From contig OX597834.1 of assembly GCA_951406725.2 (NCBI GenBank), positions 41,974,001 through 42,038,000 of the forward strand: DNA of 64,000 nt, read 5' to 3'. Shown here piece by piece: positions 51,740 to 64,000 of this stretch; position 1 is the stretch's first letter; the number at the start of each line of letters is the position of its first letter. Under the pieces are notes generated by a model. The model saw nothing but the letters and a program-made list of their open reading frames with translations, was not told the origin of the DNA and did not search any database. Source of the DNA: Octopus vulgaris (taxonomy: Eukaryota). A program made the translations under genes and the position numbers.

Positions 51740-52110
51740 ACTTTTTACATCATCCGAGGAATTGAAATTTTTACCATTAAGACTATTCTGCAGAGACCTG
51801 AATAAGTGGAAATCCGAAGGAGCAATATCTAGTGAATATGGAGGGTGGGGTAACACATCCCAGCTGAGCTGCAGCAATTTTTGCCTGGTTCCCAAAGTGC
51901 CGAAAATGAACTTTCTTATCTTCCATTTTAAAGGGTTACAGAATTAACACAGGTTATAGGAACATAAACCTTCTTCCGCAAAAAGATAGCTTAAACTGTG
52001 CTCTAAATGGAGGTGTAGTCAAATCCTATTTTATGGACTCAGCCATGTTCTAAAATAAGTCAAAAGGTAAGCTACTATACATCGGCATGAACTTTCCGGA
52101 CAACCCAATA
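51740..52110 (-). mobile_element. Internally deleted mariner element
   Basis: 5' TIR TAttgggttgtccggaaagttc at 52110. The start MEDKKVHFRH (ATG at 51926) is joined to QKLLQLSWDVLPHPPYSLDIAPSDFHLFRSLQNSL. Same family as 24563-24853. Confidence 0.85.
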
Positions 52111-52430
52111 GAATATTTTGGTTTGATATAACCGGTTTAAGTCCTAAATGGTTAAAGGATGTAATAATATCTACTATATGTGCTTGGGGTAAGCTGAAGA
52201 TAAAATTGCTTGCCACAAAAGCAAGGTGAGAGGGTGAAAAAGAAAGAAAAAATAATCAAAGCATATGATACAAGCAAGAAAAGCAACATAGCAGAAAGAA
52301 TAGAGAAAAAGAAAAATATGCGTGGAGTAGTTTGGCTGGCTGGGTGGATAGGAAATGAAATAAGGGTGAAAGGTTATAGATGTGTATAAGATTGTGCATT
52401 GTTGAGAATGGCCCTTAAGTTACCTTCTGT

Positions 52431-52643
52431 TTAACCCTTTCGTTACCCTATTTATTTTGAGATGCTCTGTGTTTCTTTCGATCACTTTAAATATAACAAA
52501 GAATTTAGTAAAACAACTTAGTTATCATTAAGCTAGTGTTAGGAACATAAATTGTGACTAAGGTTTGGTGGAAGATTTTAATTCAGAACTTTTGAAAACA
52601 TGACATTTGTACTACAGAGCCGGGTTGGTAACGAAAGGGTTAA
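52431..52643. mobile_element. piggyBac-like MITE
   Basis: Perfect ends TTAA-ccctttcgttacc ... ggtaacgaaaggg-TTAA. Sister copies at ~48626-48850 and 56012-56996. Confidence 0.8.
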
Positions 52644-53689
52644 GAGACTTTTCACATTAAATTGAGAGTCTGTGGTTGATTTCCATTTTTAGTTAACAGA
52701 ATTGATTCCGTGATCTCTTGGTTATTTGAATCCTGTTTTATGAACAACTTGGCTGTTAGTGATTAATTGAAAATTTGAGAATGTTACAGGAAAAAAATTG
52801 ATGATAAAAAAACTAATGATAGTTTTTAATTAACTTGGAAAGTGACTCAGCATTTAGCATTGTGAACTAGTATCTTGTAATTAGGTTAATTTAATTTTCT
52901 ATTCTGTACAGGGTTGGTAGGATTCATGATCTGTAAGTTGTGGTTTCAGAGAGATTTGGTTATTTCAAGCAGGTCGAACGACCATTTCTAGAGGCTTCCT
53001 TGTTATAATTAAATCGAGCATATTAGTCATGGACGCAAACAGTACTGTAGCAGATATGGACTCTCTCTTTCTCTGTTACTCTTTTACTTGTTTCAGTCAT
53101 CTGACTGTGGCCATGCTAGAGCACCGCCTTTTAGTCGAGCAAATCAACCCTAGGACCTATTCTTTGGAAGCCTAGTACTTATTCTGTCAGTCTCTTGCTG
53201 AACTGCTAAGTTACAGGGACGTAAACACACCACCATCGGTTGCCAAGCGATATTGGAGGGGGACAAACACACACACACACACATACAGATATATATACAT
53301 ATATATGACGGGCTTCTTTCAGTTTCCATCTACCAAATCCATATCTTAGCAGTTTGGCATGAAAGACCAATAGAATGTATATCAAGTTTAATCCTTTAGC
53401 ATTTAAACTGACCATATTCGGCCAAAATATTCCACCTTTATGTCCACACTTCAGATCCAGCCTCTCAAACCAACCCTACAATGTCATTCTAAAAATTAAG
53501 TTACCTCATCAAAATCTCAAAGCTACAAGATAATGCAAGATTAATTCAAAACCATCTGATCTGGCCATCCCTGATAACGGGGACATAACCCGGATTTAAA
53601 ACACTGGATGTTGATGATGATGATGTGAATAAATATGCATCATGTTGGACAGAATAATGCAAATGCTGAAGGCTTAGAAAAGAATATGA

Positions 53690-54090
53690 ACAGGAGTCAG
53701 TTCATTCTTTCAAAAATTTGAAATTGCTATTATTATCAAGTTACACTCGAAAAGGAATTTGAGGTTGGAGAGAGCAGTGTTGCCTTCTAGAAAGTTTGTT
53801 GAAAGGTGGGCGAGTGTTGGAAGAATGGTCAGTGTGAAAGGACCAATTCTGGGTGCACACCTGTGAAAGATGAAAGAAGGGCTCTTGCCCTGTTGATCAG
53901 GCACCTGTGACTTTCGTGGGTTTTTCCATGAGGACCTTTAAAGCGCCTCCTTTATTGGGAGTTTTACTTTGTTTAATTTTATTGTTTACACAAGGAAAAG
54001 TCATTGTATTGTCTGGTTTTTGTCTTTTAATGTTTTACTATATATCCTGTATGTTTATTTATATTAGCCCTTGTGGCCAATAAAAGAATA
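53690..54090 (+). mobile_element. Tx1/L1-like LINE 3' end
   Basis: Reads ...LERAVLPSRKFVERWASVGRMVSVKGPILGAHL*, followed by a T-rich UTR ending tagcccttgtggccaataaaagaata. The clade call is from motif recall. Confidence 0.55.
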
Positions 54091-54363
54091 AGGTATTATT
54101 ATGGTGGCACTCTGGCAGAATTGTTAGCACACCTGACAAAATGCATAGCAGTTTTCATCTGTCTTTATGTTCAGAGTTCAAATACCTCTAAGGTCAACTT
54201 TTGCTTTTCATCCTTCCAGGATCAATCAAATAAATACCAGTTGAGCACTGGGGGGTCAATGTAATCAACTAGCCCCCTCCCCCCGCCTCTCCCAAAATCT
54301 TAGGCCTTGTGTCTGTGGTAGATTGGATTGTTGTTATTGTTATTGCTGTTATTTTTATTTCAG

Positions 54364-54510
54364 AAACCAATAAAAGATGTACATGTGTAAGTGCGATGGA
54401 ATCGGTGAAAGAACAACATCCGTGGTTTGGAATGGAACAAGAATACACATTGCTGGATTATGATGGTTATCCTTTTGGATGGCCTAAAAATGGTTTTCCA
54501 GGTCCACAAG
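54364..54510 (+). CDS. GLUL: Glutamine synthetase coding exon 3
   Basis: (E)[48 protein letters not shown]. Acceptor tttcag, donor GTACGT, 147 nt. Confidence 0.97.
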
Positions 54511-55486
54511 GTACGTTTATGAAATGTTTTTTTTCTTTCAGTTAGCAATCTGAAGCAACAAGAAAAATACCTCATGTAAGGAAGTAAATCATTCAAGATA
54601 TTATTATTATTATTATTATTATTGTTATTATTAGTAGTAGTAGTATTGAGTTGGCAGAATCGTTAGAATGTTGAACAAAATCCCTTGTCCCTTTTCTTTA
54701 ATCTGGCTTTTTATGTATGGCCTGAGGTCACCTTTGCCATTCATTCTTCCAGGGTCAAGAAAATAAAGGTAACCTGTGAAGTACTAGCGTCAATGGTATC
54801 CTCTAAACACCTAAACCCCTCTTATCAAAGTTGTTCTGCCTAAATTAGAAATGGTTATTATCAGTTGTAGAATCAACCAAGTTGTAAACAAAATCTCTTC
54901 TAGTATTTATGCGTTCTACAACCTCAGTTCTGCCATTTCCATACTGGAATATGTTGACAGAAACTTGTTGAAGCAGTATTTTTCGATCTGATGCTCTTCC
55001 TGTTGCCAACCTTTTGGTTTTGTTCTTTTCAAATAAAGTATTTTCATTCCCTGGGTCTTCTCACAAAAACTGACAAAGCCATCGAGCTAGGGACATATTG
55101 TTTACGGGAGATCTAAAACACACGCAGCTTCCGTTACTCAGTGTCGGTTAGAAACCACATGGAAGCCTATGTGCAATACTGTTAAGCTTCCTTTGAGTGG
55201 CTCTGGCATGGGTGCTCCTTTGTGCTGTTCCAGCATAGACCCTCCCCTATGTGGATCAGGCATGGGTGCTTCCCTGCACGGATCTGGTACAGGCACCCCC
55301 TCACCCACCCATGTGGCTGAAGTATTGGTCAGCCTGAGGTTATAGTTGAAGATACTTGTCCTTTGTGCCACTGATTGGGATTGAACCCAAAATCACATGG
55401 TTTCAAAATGAACTTTGTAATCACACAGCCGTCATTTGCCCTCAAATGTCTTGCTAAAATCTCTTGCATGTCTTGTATTTCTTCAG

Positions 55487-55614
55487 GTCCTTACTACTGT
55501 GGTGTCGGTGCTAACAAAGTGTTCGGTCGGGACATTGTGGAAGCCCATTACAAGGCCTGTCTTTATGCTGGAATAAAGATTTGTGGTTGTAATGCTGAAG
55601 TTATGCCTGCTCAG
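55487..55614 (+). CDS. GLUL: Glutamine synthetase coding exon 4
   Basis: (G)[42 protein letters not shown]. Acceptor cttcag, donor GTGAGA, 128 nt. Confidence 0.97.
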
Positions 55615-55630
55615 GTGAGAATCATACCTG

Positions 55631-55661
<31 letters not shown>

Positions 55662-56011
55662 TTAACATCTGTTTTCCATGCTGGCATGGGTTGTATGGTT
55701 TGGCGGCAGCTAGCCAGCTGGAGAGTGGCATCAGGCTCCAATTGCCTGCTTTGGCATAGTCTCTACTACTGGATGCCCTTCTTAATGCCAACCATTTCAC
55801 AGAGAGTACTAGGTGATTTTTTTTTTCATGGCACCAGCACCAGTGTCTTGTATGTGGTGTTGGCATTTGGTGCTGTCATGGTGCTTTTTTACATGGCTCC
55901 AGCATGGATGCTTTTTGCATGGCTCCAGCATGGGTGGCCCTCATTTGGTGCCAACATTGTACCAAAACAGATACTGGAGCATGATGCAGTTCTTGGGTCC
56001 ACCGGATCCTG

Positions 56012-57267
56012 TTAACCCTTTTGTTACCAACCCGGCTGAAACCGGCTCTAGCTCTGAGTACAAATGTTTTGTTTTCATAAGTTTTGAATTAAAATCTTCC
56101 ACCAAACCTTAGTCACAATTTATGTTCCTAACACTAGCTTAATGATAACTAAGTTATTTTACTAAATTCTTTGTTACATTTAAAGTAGTTGAAAGAAACA
56201 CAGAGCATCTCAACAGAAATATGGTAATGAAAGGGTTCAAATATATAACAGAGAAACAATTCTTAACGCTTTCGATACCAACCTAGATGAAACCAACTCT
56301 GCCTCTGTAGTATAAATGTCTTGTTTTCATAAGTTTTTAATCAAAATCTTTCACCAAACCTTAGTCACAATTTATGTTCCTAACACTAGCTGAATGATAA
56401 CTAAGTTATTTTACTAAATTCTTTGTTACATTTAAAGTAGTTGAAAGAAACACAGAGCATCTCAACAGAAATATGGTAATGAAAGGGTTCAAATATATAA
56501 CAGAGAAACAATTCTTAACGCTTTCGATACCAACCTAGATGAAACCAACTCTGCCTCTGTAGTATAAATGTCTTGTTTTCATAAGTTTTGAATTAAAATC
56601 TTCCACCAAACCTTAGTCACAATTTATGTTCCTAACACTAGCTTAATGATAACTAAGTTATTTTACTAAATTCTTTGTTACATTTAAAGTAGTTGAAAGA
56701 AACACAGAGCATCTCAACAGAAATATGGTAATGAAAGGGTTCAAATATATAACAGAGAAACAATTCTTAACGCTTTCGATACCAACCTAGATGAAACCAA
56801 CTCTGCCTCTGTAGTATAAATGTCTTGTTTTCATAAGTTTTGAATTAAAATCTTCCACCAAACCTTAGTCACAATTTATGTTCCTAACACTAGCTGAATG
56901 ATAACTAAGTTATTTTACTAAATCCTTTGTTACATTTTAAAGTAATTGAAAGAAACACAGAGCATCTCAAAATAAATACAGTAACGAAAGGGTTAACCCT
57001 TTAGAGAAACAATAACGCTTTAAAACCTAGATGAAACCAACTCTGCCTCTGTAGTATAAATTTAATCTGTTTTCATAAGTTTTTAATCAAAATCTTGATC
57101 CAGGCTCTCACATTTACCTTACACAATTTATGTTCCTAACACTAAAGCTGAATGATACACTATCAAGTTATCTTTACTAAGATCCTTTGTTACATTTTAA
57201 ATAATTGAAAGAATCAATAGAGCATCTCATGTTTGATGGAATAATACAGTGAACACTAAAGGGTTAA
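56012..57267. repeat. Tandem array of the piggyBac-like MITE (4 clean units of 251-252 bp plus one scrambled unit)
   Basis: Units start with TTAA at 56012, 56263, 56515 and 56767. A degenerate fifth unit spans ~56993-57267. Confidence 0.88.
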
Positions 57268-57429
57268 ACACTCAAGCCATGCCGGGCATGGAACCGGGAC
57301 ATTAAATGGTGGGGATATATTTGGTCAGCTGCACTTTTCATTCTTTCAGATTTGGTATCTTATTGACTTTGAAACCTCATAGTTATGTAAGAAATTAATC
57401 TTTTGTTTTGTTTTGTTTTGGCATTCTAG

Positions 57430-57629
57430 TGGGAATTTCAAGTTGGGCCATGTGAAGGTATTGAAATGGGAGATCATTTGTGGATGGCCCGGTATATTCT
57501 TCATCGTGTTGCTGAAGATTTGGGTGTTGTCATTAGTTTTGATCCAAAACCAATGACCGGAGACTGGAATGGTGCAGGAGCACATACCAACTTCAGTACC
57601 TTAAACATGAGGAAGGACAATGGTTTGAA
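57430..57629 (+). CDS. GLUL: Glutamine synthetase coding exon 5 (absent from the ORF track)
   Basis: [66 protein letters not shown]. Acceptor ttctag, donor GTAAGT, 200 nt. Confidence 0.97.
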
Positions 57630-57727
57630 GTAAGTATATCTGTCGATATTTTTCTTTTTTTTTTTGCCTTCTTATCTGTGGCACCATCTTTCAAGCACTT
57701 TCATCATATTTTGAAAAAACATATCTT

Positions 57728-58118
57728 ATTTTTTACTGCCCACAAGGGGCTTCACACAGAGGGGACAGACAAATGGATTAAGTCAATTATATTAACTCCA
57801 GTGTGTAACTGGTACTTATTTAGTCAACCTCGAAAGGATGAAAGGCAAAGTCGACCTCGGCAGAATTTGAACTCAGAATGTAGTGGCAGACGAAGTACCT
57901 ATTTCTTTACTACCCACAAGGGGCTAAACACAGAGAGGACAGACAAAGGGATTAAGTCGATTGTATTGACGTCAGTACGTAACTGGTACTTATTTAATCG
58001 ACCCCGAAAGGATGAAAAGCAAAGTTGACCTCGGTGGAATTTGAACTCAGAACGTAGCGGCAGGCGAAATACCGCTAAGCATTTCGCCCGGCATGCTAAT
58101 GTTTCTGCCAGCTCACCA
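57728..58118 (-). mobile_element. SINE family B, partial tandem dimer
   Basis: Two tandem core/tail units and one head. A similar dimer lies at ~59682-60037. Confidence 0.8.
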
Positions 58119-58515
58119 CCTTTCTGGTTCATTATCATCATTATTGAATGCCTGTTTTCTATGCTGGTATGGGTTGGACAGCTTGACAGGAAATCAATGA
58201 ACTGTGGAGCTGCGTCAAGCTCCAATGTCATTTTTGACATGGTTTCTACAACTAGATACTCATTTTCATGCTAACCACTTTTACAAAGTTTGGTTTATGG
58301 GGAAAATATTACCTTACTGGAAAAAGGTGAGTGTTGGTGACAGGAAGAGCATTTGGCGGTAGAATATCTGCTTCAACATGCTTCGTCTGGACTATGCGAG
58401 CATGGAAGAGTGGACATGAAAACAATAATGGTGACTCGGTCACCTGTATCTTAAAGTTTTGGCTCTGTACTAATGCAAGAAATTTTTTTTTTTTTTTTTC
58501 CCCGTGTATTTTCAG

Positions 58516-58798
58516 GTACATCGAGGCAGCTATTGAGAAGTTAGCTGAAAATCATGAAGAGCACATCAGAGCATATGACCCAAACAAAGGCCAGGACAAT
58601 GTGAGACGGCTCACTGGACGCCATGAAACCTCTTCTATTCATGAGTTTTCAGCTGGTGTTGCCAACCGTGGGGCAAGCATTCGTATACCAAGGTCTGTGG
58701 CAGATGAAAAGAAGGGTTACCTTGAAGATAGACGCCCCTCTTCCAATTGTGACCCCTATTCAGTTACGGAAATCATTATCAGGACCGTGTTATTATAA
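58516..58798 (+). CDS. GLUL: Glutamine synthetase last coding exon
   Basis: (K)[93 protein letters not shown]. The joined CDS is 1095 nt, giving 364 aa. Confidence 0.97.
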
Positions 58799-59176
58799 GG
58801 CAATTCTCTCTCCTCTCTTTCTCTCTCTCTCTCTCTCTCTCCTTGAAAAAAAAAAGATTTACGAATGATAGACTTTCATTTTCTTTTTTAATCCCCCTTT
58901 TTTTTTTCTCCCTGGGAGATTTCAATTTCTCTATATGTATACATATTGTATATGTATATCAATATATACACTTGTGAGTGTTACAATATATATATATATA
59001 TATATATGCTTACACACAACATACAAACGTATAAAAAGCAGATCTGAGGAACTATTTTACAAAATATAACTAATGCATATTTTGGGTTGGTTTTTATCTC
59101 TTATTCACTTCTTTTCTTTTGGTGGAAGTTTTTTTTTTCTCTAAACATGACTACAAAATTTTATTTTTTTTAATAG

Positions 59177-59329
59177 AATAAATACTCATTCTTTGGTGAG
59201 ATCATCATTTCAGTTTTTTTTCTCTATATTTTATTGTTTTTTGGGGTCCTTTTTAGAAATGAATTCCACTCATTTCATCCAATATTTCTTTTAATTTGAA
59301 CACTGAAAAAAAATAAATTTAAAAATAAA
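59177..59329 (+). terminator. Candidate polyadenylation signals of GS
   Basis: AATAAA at 59177-59182, 59312-59317 and 59324-59329, each followed by T/GT-rich sequence. Confidence 0.55.
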
Positions 59330-60619
59330 GATATATATATATACATACATGTATGTGTTTTTTTTATTCTTTTATTGTCGTCAGTCATTGCACTAAGACC
59401 ATGCTGGAGCACAACTTAAGTAAAGTGAGTTGATTATGGAACTAGACATTAGGGTGAAAGGTGACCCCCTTTGGTCATGAATGACCATGGCATTGCACCT
59501 AGAAAGTTACCCTCCGAGGTACAAGTCTGAGCAAGGTTGTTTATGGAAGACCAGCAGTCATCCATGCATATCCGCCTCTCCTCTCCATGCCACCGATGTT
59601 ATCCAAGGGAAAGGCAAAGGGGCCGATACAGCTTGGCACCAGTGATGTCACAGCTCATTTCATATTTTGAAGAAACATCTTATTTTTTACTGCCCACAAG
59701 GGCCTTCACACAGAGGGGACAAACGGATTAAGTCGATTGTATCGACGCCAGTACGTAACTGGTACTTATTTAGTCAACCTCGAAAGAAGGAAAGGCAAAG
59801 TCCTCCTCAGCAGAATTTGAACTCAATGTAGTGGCAGACGAAGTACCTAGTTCTTTACTACCCATAAGGGGCTAAACACAGAGAGGACAAACAAAGACAG
59901 ACAAATGGATTAAGTCGATTACATTGAACCCAGTGCGTAACTGGTACTTATTTAATCGACCCCGAAAGGTTGAAAGGCAAAGTCGACCTCGGCGGAATTT
60001 GAACTCAGAACGTAGCGGCAGACAAAATACCGCTTAGTGAACCAGAGCAACGTGAAATAAAGTGTCTTGCTCAAGAACACATGTACCTGGTCCAGGATTC
60101 GAACTCACAACCTCACAATTGTAAGCTTGACACTCGAACCACTGAGCCATGTGCCTTCACTAAATGGAACTAAACAACAACACTACCAACCAGTGGTTCT
60201 CAACCACCATTTTAGTCCTTTGGACTCCTTTGATTCCTATAAAAAAAATCTAGTGTGGACCCCGGTTGAGAGTCATAGCTTTTGAAATGTTACTCTTTTA
60301 CTTGTTTTAGTCATTTTGACTGTGGCAATGCTGGAGCATCGCTTTTTAGTTGAAGAAATTAGCCCCTGGACTTATTTTTTGTAAGCCTGGTACTTATTCT
60401 GTCGAGCTCTTTTGCTGAACCGCTATGTTTTGGGGACATAAATACATCAACATCGGCTGTCAAGCAATGGTGGGGAGACATAAATAAATACGTACATACA
60501 TACAGGTATGTCTACCAAATCCACTCACAAGGCTTTCGTTGGCCTGAGGCTATAATAGAATACTCTTGCCCAAGATGCCATGCAGTTGTGTTAGTTAACA
60601 TTTTACTTCTTGACTTCTT

Positions 60620-61140
60620 ATATCCATCCATTTTCACTTCCCACTAGTCCTGGGAGAGATGTTGGGGGTAGTCTTCAGGTACCTTCTTCATGGAGCCCTA
60701 TCGGAAGTAACGATCATTACACTTTCTTGCTGGATTCTCAAGCACAACCAGTTGAGGATTATGGATTTTATCCAAACATTTCATTCTTGGTCTACCCTGA
60801 GGTCTCCTGCTTATTGGCTCATCTTGAAGAATTTGTCTTGTGAGCCTTTCCTGCAGCATTTTAACCTTTTTAAACACATGTTCATTGTACTAGAGCTGAA
60901 ACCGGTAAGTGTGGAGAAGTAACTGTCTCACCCTGTTGAGCAACATTACTCTGGAGATCCTTTGGAGAAACAGCATAGTGGCAGCTTTTATTCATGACCA
61001 TATTCTTTTAGTCATTACCCAACATTTATGACCAGAGGTGCAGATAGGCATGAAAACCAAATTGAAGAAAGCAAGTTTGTCACAGAAGCATTTTCATAAT
61101 TCTTTATTTTTTTTCTGTGTTGGAGGTGCAATCTAACACT
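60620..61140 (-). mobile_element. Old RTE-clade LINE ORF2 C-terminal remnant
   Basis: - strand reading MPICTSGHKCWVMTKRIWS*IKAATMLFLQRISRVMLLNRVR resembles the RTE motif PxLTYGxExW...AAEMxFLRRIxGxTxxDRxR. Confidence 0.65.
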
Positions 61141-61591
61141 CGTCCAATTTGCTATGAAAGTGGTGAAGTGTTGGATAGAATGCCTTGATCTGTTCTGGCT
61201 GTGTGTATTCTGAGTTCAAATCCCACCAAGGTCAACTTTGCCTTTCTTTTGATATTTATAAAGTACCAGTCAAATACTGGGGTTGACTCTTCTCTCTTTC
61301 TGTGAATGAAGTTAGCTGTGAACTTTACAACTCCATCAGGATCTGAGGCTGCAAAATAAAGCAATTCACAATGCTTAATATGGAAGTTTAAATATTGTCA
61401 TGGCTAATAGTGCTGTGGTATTTTGGTAAGGTGCTCCATTTCAGAATAGAAAATGATAATTAAAAAAAAAAATGTTTTATCAGTCATGCAACTCCAGAGC
61501 AGGCATACATTTTTGTGGGTGGAGGCAGTTTATTAGATCGTCCCAATATTTGATAGGGCGGCGAGCTGACAGAAACGGTAAGATATTTAAA

Positions 61592-61812
61592 GGTGGCCAG
61601 CTGGCCGAAACGTTAGCACGCCGAGCGAAATGCTTAGCGGTATTTCGTCTGCCGTTACGTTCTGAGTTCAAATTCCGCCGAGGTCGACTTTGCCTTTCAT
61701 CCTTTCGGGGTCGATTAAATAAGTACCAGTTACGCATTGGGGTCGATGTAAACGACTTAATCCCCTTGTTTGTCCCCTCTATGTTGAGCTCTTTGTGGGC
61801 AATAAAGAAATA
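61592..61812 (+). mobile_element. SINE family B, full length
   Basis: Head, core and the tail gtgggcaataaagaaata. Confidence 0.85.
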
Positions 61813-62499
61813 AGAATCGTTAGCATGTCGGAAAAGATGCTTAGAGGTATTGACCTACTTTAATGTTTGCTAATTAAAATAGGTCAACTAGGAACAATAG
61901 ATTCTTGCAGTATTATTTACCGTGACCCTTGGATACCACCAAAGGGTCCAAGAGGTCAACTCGTTCACATTAATCTTTAATTGTAGAGAGAAGAAAACAA
62001 TAGACCAGGAATTTGGCAATTAATACGATAGTTGTTCTCTACATCCCTATCAACAAACATTGCACCCAGAACTGGTCCCAACACACGCGTAATTCATCAA
62101 TTTCTTCCTATCTATAGAAGGCAATTTCGCTAACCATGCGAGGTAGCATTTCCAAAATTTCAAAATAATCTCAAAAGCTAATGGCAATCAGACGTCCTAA
62201 CAGTTTTGAATTCATAAAGCCAGATCTGAGAGAAGCCTGTTCTTGACACAAGGGGAAAAAGAAAAGAAACTACAGGTTATCAGTCGCTTAGGTCGCGAGG
62301 AGGCTTGAATGAGGTGAGGGGTGAGTTAAAGGGGAAGTGGTGGATGGGATTCCTCACCCACCCCTCCAGATTGCCTCATCGCAGTCTGTGCTGGCTGAGT
62401 ATCTCTGACCTGCACTATCAACTCTGTTCCATTGTTGGTTTTGTCCCCTACACTTTTCCTCCTATACATTAATAATCTAGTCTTTGGGTACCTTTTAGT

Positions 62500-62790
62500 T
62501 GATTCCGTTCTGCCGTAAGTATTCAGACTAAGTCTCCGGTACTTGTATAGGTTGATGTTTCGATGTACTACTACATCTCTCGGGTTACAGTTTCTTCTTC
62601 ACACCAGTCTTGGAGGTTTTGTAAAGTCCTGATAGTCACGTCGCCCCAGTTCTTGTTCACCTGGAGGTCTAAACCGAACCAGATCCCGAGTAGCTAAACC
62701 GGTCCGTCTGTCCAGCGCCGTACGACGCTGTTGGACGGCATAGATCTGCCTTTCTAGGTGCGAGCTGCAAGCCTACTGATTTGTGTCTTA
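62500..62790 (-). mobile_element. Tx1/L1-like LINE RT fragment
   Basis: - strand pieces KSVGLQL...GRSMPSNSVVRRWTDGPV*LLGIWFGLDLQVNKNWGDVT resemble the xLGIxF...NW thumb region of L1/Tx1 RTs. Confidence 0.6.
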
Positions 62791-64000
62791 GTGAATGCGC
62801 CTTAGCTCTGACAACGCAACCTTCGTGCTTTGCGTTTAAATGATTTCCCCGCAAGCACGTCGGTCGCGATCCCTTTCTTCAGTGCTTTTATGTTGTTCCA
62901 TGTCAATTAATGTTTTGTATGTGAGCCCTTGAGGCCAATAATAGAATCAGTCATTACATTTGACAGAGTGATCTGAATGCTAAATGGTTAAGATACTCCG
63001 ATGTTCTTGATGAGTACACAAATGGTATAACTAGACCAATGCGAGAGAGGAGCGAGGAGTGGGTAGCCAAACCGGAAAAGCATTGTTGATATTCGATGAC
63101 GGCAAATGGCAACTGTGACGGCCTTGTGTTCTTCGAACTGGTTTTACATCATCGTAACTCATTTTTTTGTCTCTGTTTCCCATCTGCAGTAAGTCTTTCA
63201 AAGCCTTTGGCAGGAATTTCACAGACAAGCAGAATGTGCTTCAGCTGATCTTTCCGACGCTTCGTAAGACCATATCATTAAAATTTTTTGTTATATTTCT
63301 TTTTCCATTATAAGATACATTTTCGTTTGTTCAACGCATTATTTGGAGTACAAGAAATGAAAGAAATGAATACACTCCAAACAAGTAAGGAAGTTGAAGG
63401 AAAAGAATATTTTCGGTTTGGAAAGCAACTTTCTCGCATTAAATCATCATATACATGTATGTTTCTTGTGGCAAAACGCCATTCTCATTTCAGTAGAAAA
63501 CCATATTAAACCAAGAAGTGACCTTGTAGAGTTCGTTAAGATGTATTAATAATTAATCATTAGATGTCTCCTCGCTACATCTTATTATGAGGCTTTCCAA
63601 CAGCTTTGGGGGGGCAAGGTTTAGTCTTCATGTGTTTAACTACAAATGCACCTATTTCTTGTTATGCGTCAACCAAGTGAAACAGGTTCAAATATACACA
63701 CACAGTTGTAAGTACATAACAGGTACTTTATACTGGCTTCATTTGAAAAAAATAAATAGAAAAGAAAAGAAAAAAACAAACAAGCATAATTAGTAAAAGG
63801 ATGTGCGATCAAGCGAAATTAAGGAATTGAAAACATGCTCTCATTTCCTACAGCCAAGTATTTAATTATATCATTATATTTATGCTGCTTTAAACACATT
63901 CAATGTGACTTGCCAGTCTTTTTACAAGTAAATAACTCATGTAAAGTGACCCTGATAATGTTTCCATTTGCAAAAACAAACGATTTTATATAAATAGCCA

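Noticed and set aside
58331-58515. N-terminal extension of the 155 aa GS ORF in the track (and similar extensions on other exon ORFs)
   Set aside because: It is intronic read-through upstream of the acceptor at 58515.

Overview
AT-rich, microsatellite- and retroposon-dense animal genomic DNA. The SINE families look like those of coleoid cephalopods, most likely Octopus (inferred from repeat content). The only clear protein-coding gene is a + strand glutamine synthetase (GSII/GLUL-type): six coding exons, 47358-58798, 364 aa, all introns GT-AG, with a probable TATA promoter and non-coding first exon near 41.2-41.4 kb. The rest is tRNA-derived SINEs, decayed CR1-group, RTE and Tx1/L1-like LINEs, mariner and piggyBac-like MITEs, a non-autonomous Helitron and a Penelope-like ORF remnant. 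The most notable signal is four type I hammerhead-ribozyme-like motifs of the minimal Penelope-associated kind, all on the - strand. One sits in a tRNA-headed (Pol III) short element in GS intron 1, i.e. a SINE/retrozyme-like unit. Also seen: a ~1.7 kb palindrome pivoting on (TA)n with a second fold-back next to it, a SINE-derived tandem array, and an orphan GC-rich promoter (YY1, CRE, 2x ETS) with plausible splice sites at 25.7-26.8 kb. Most listed ORFs are microsatellite or SINE artefacts. All structures were read by eye and none were computed.
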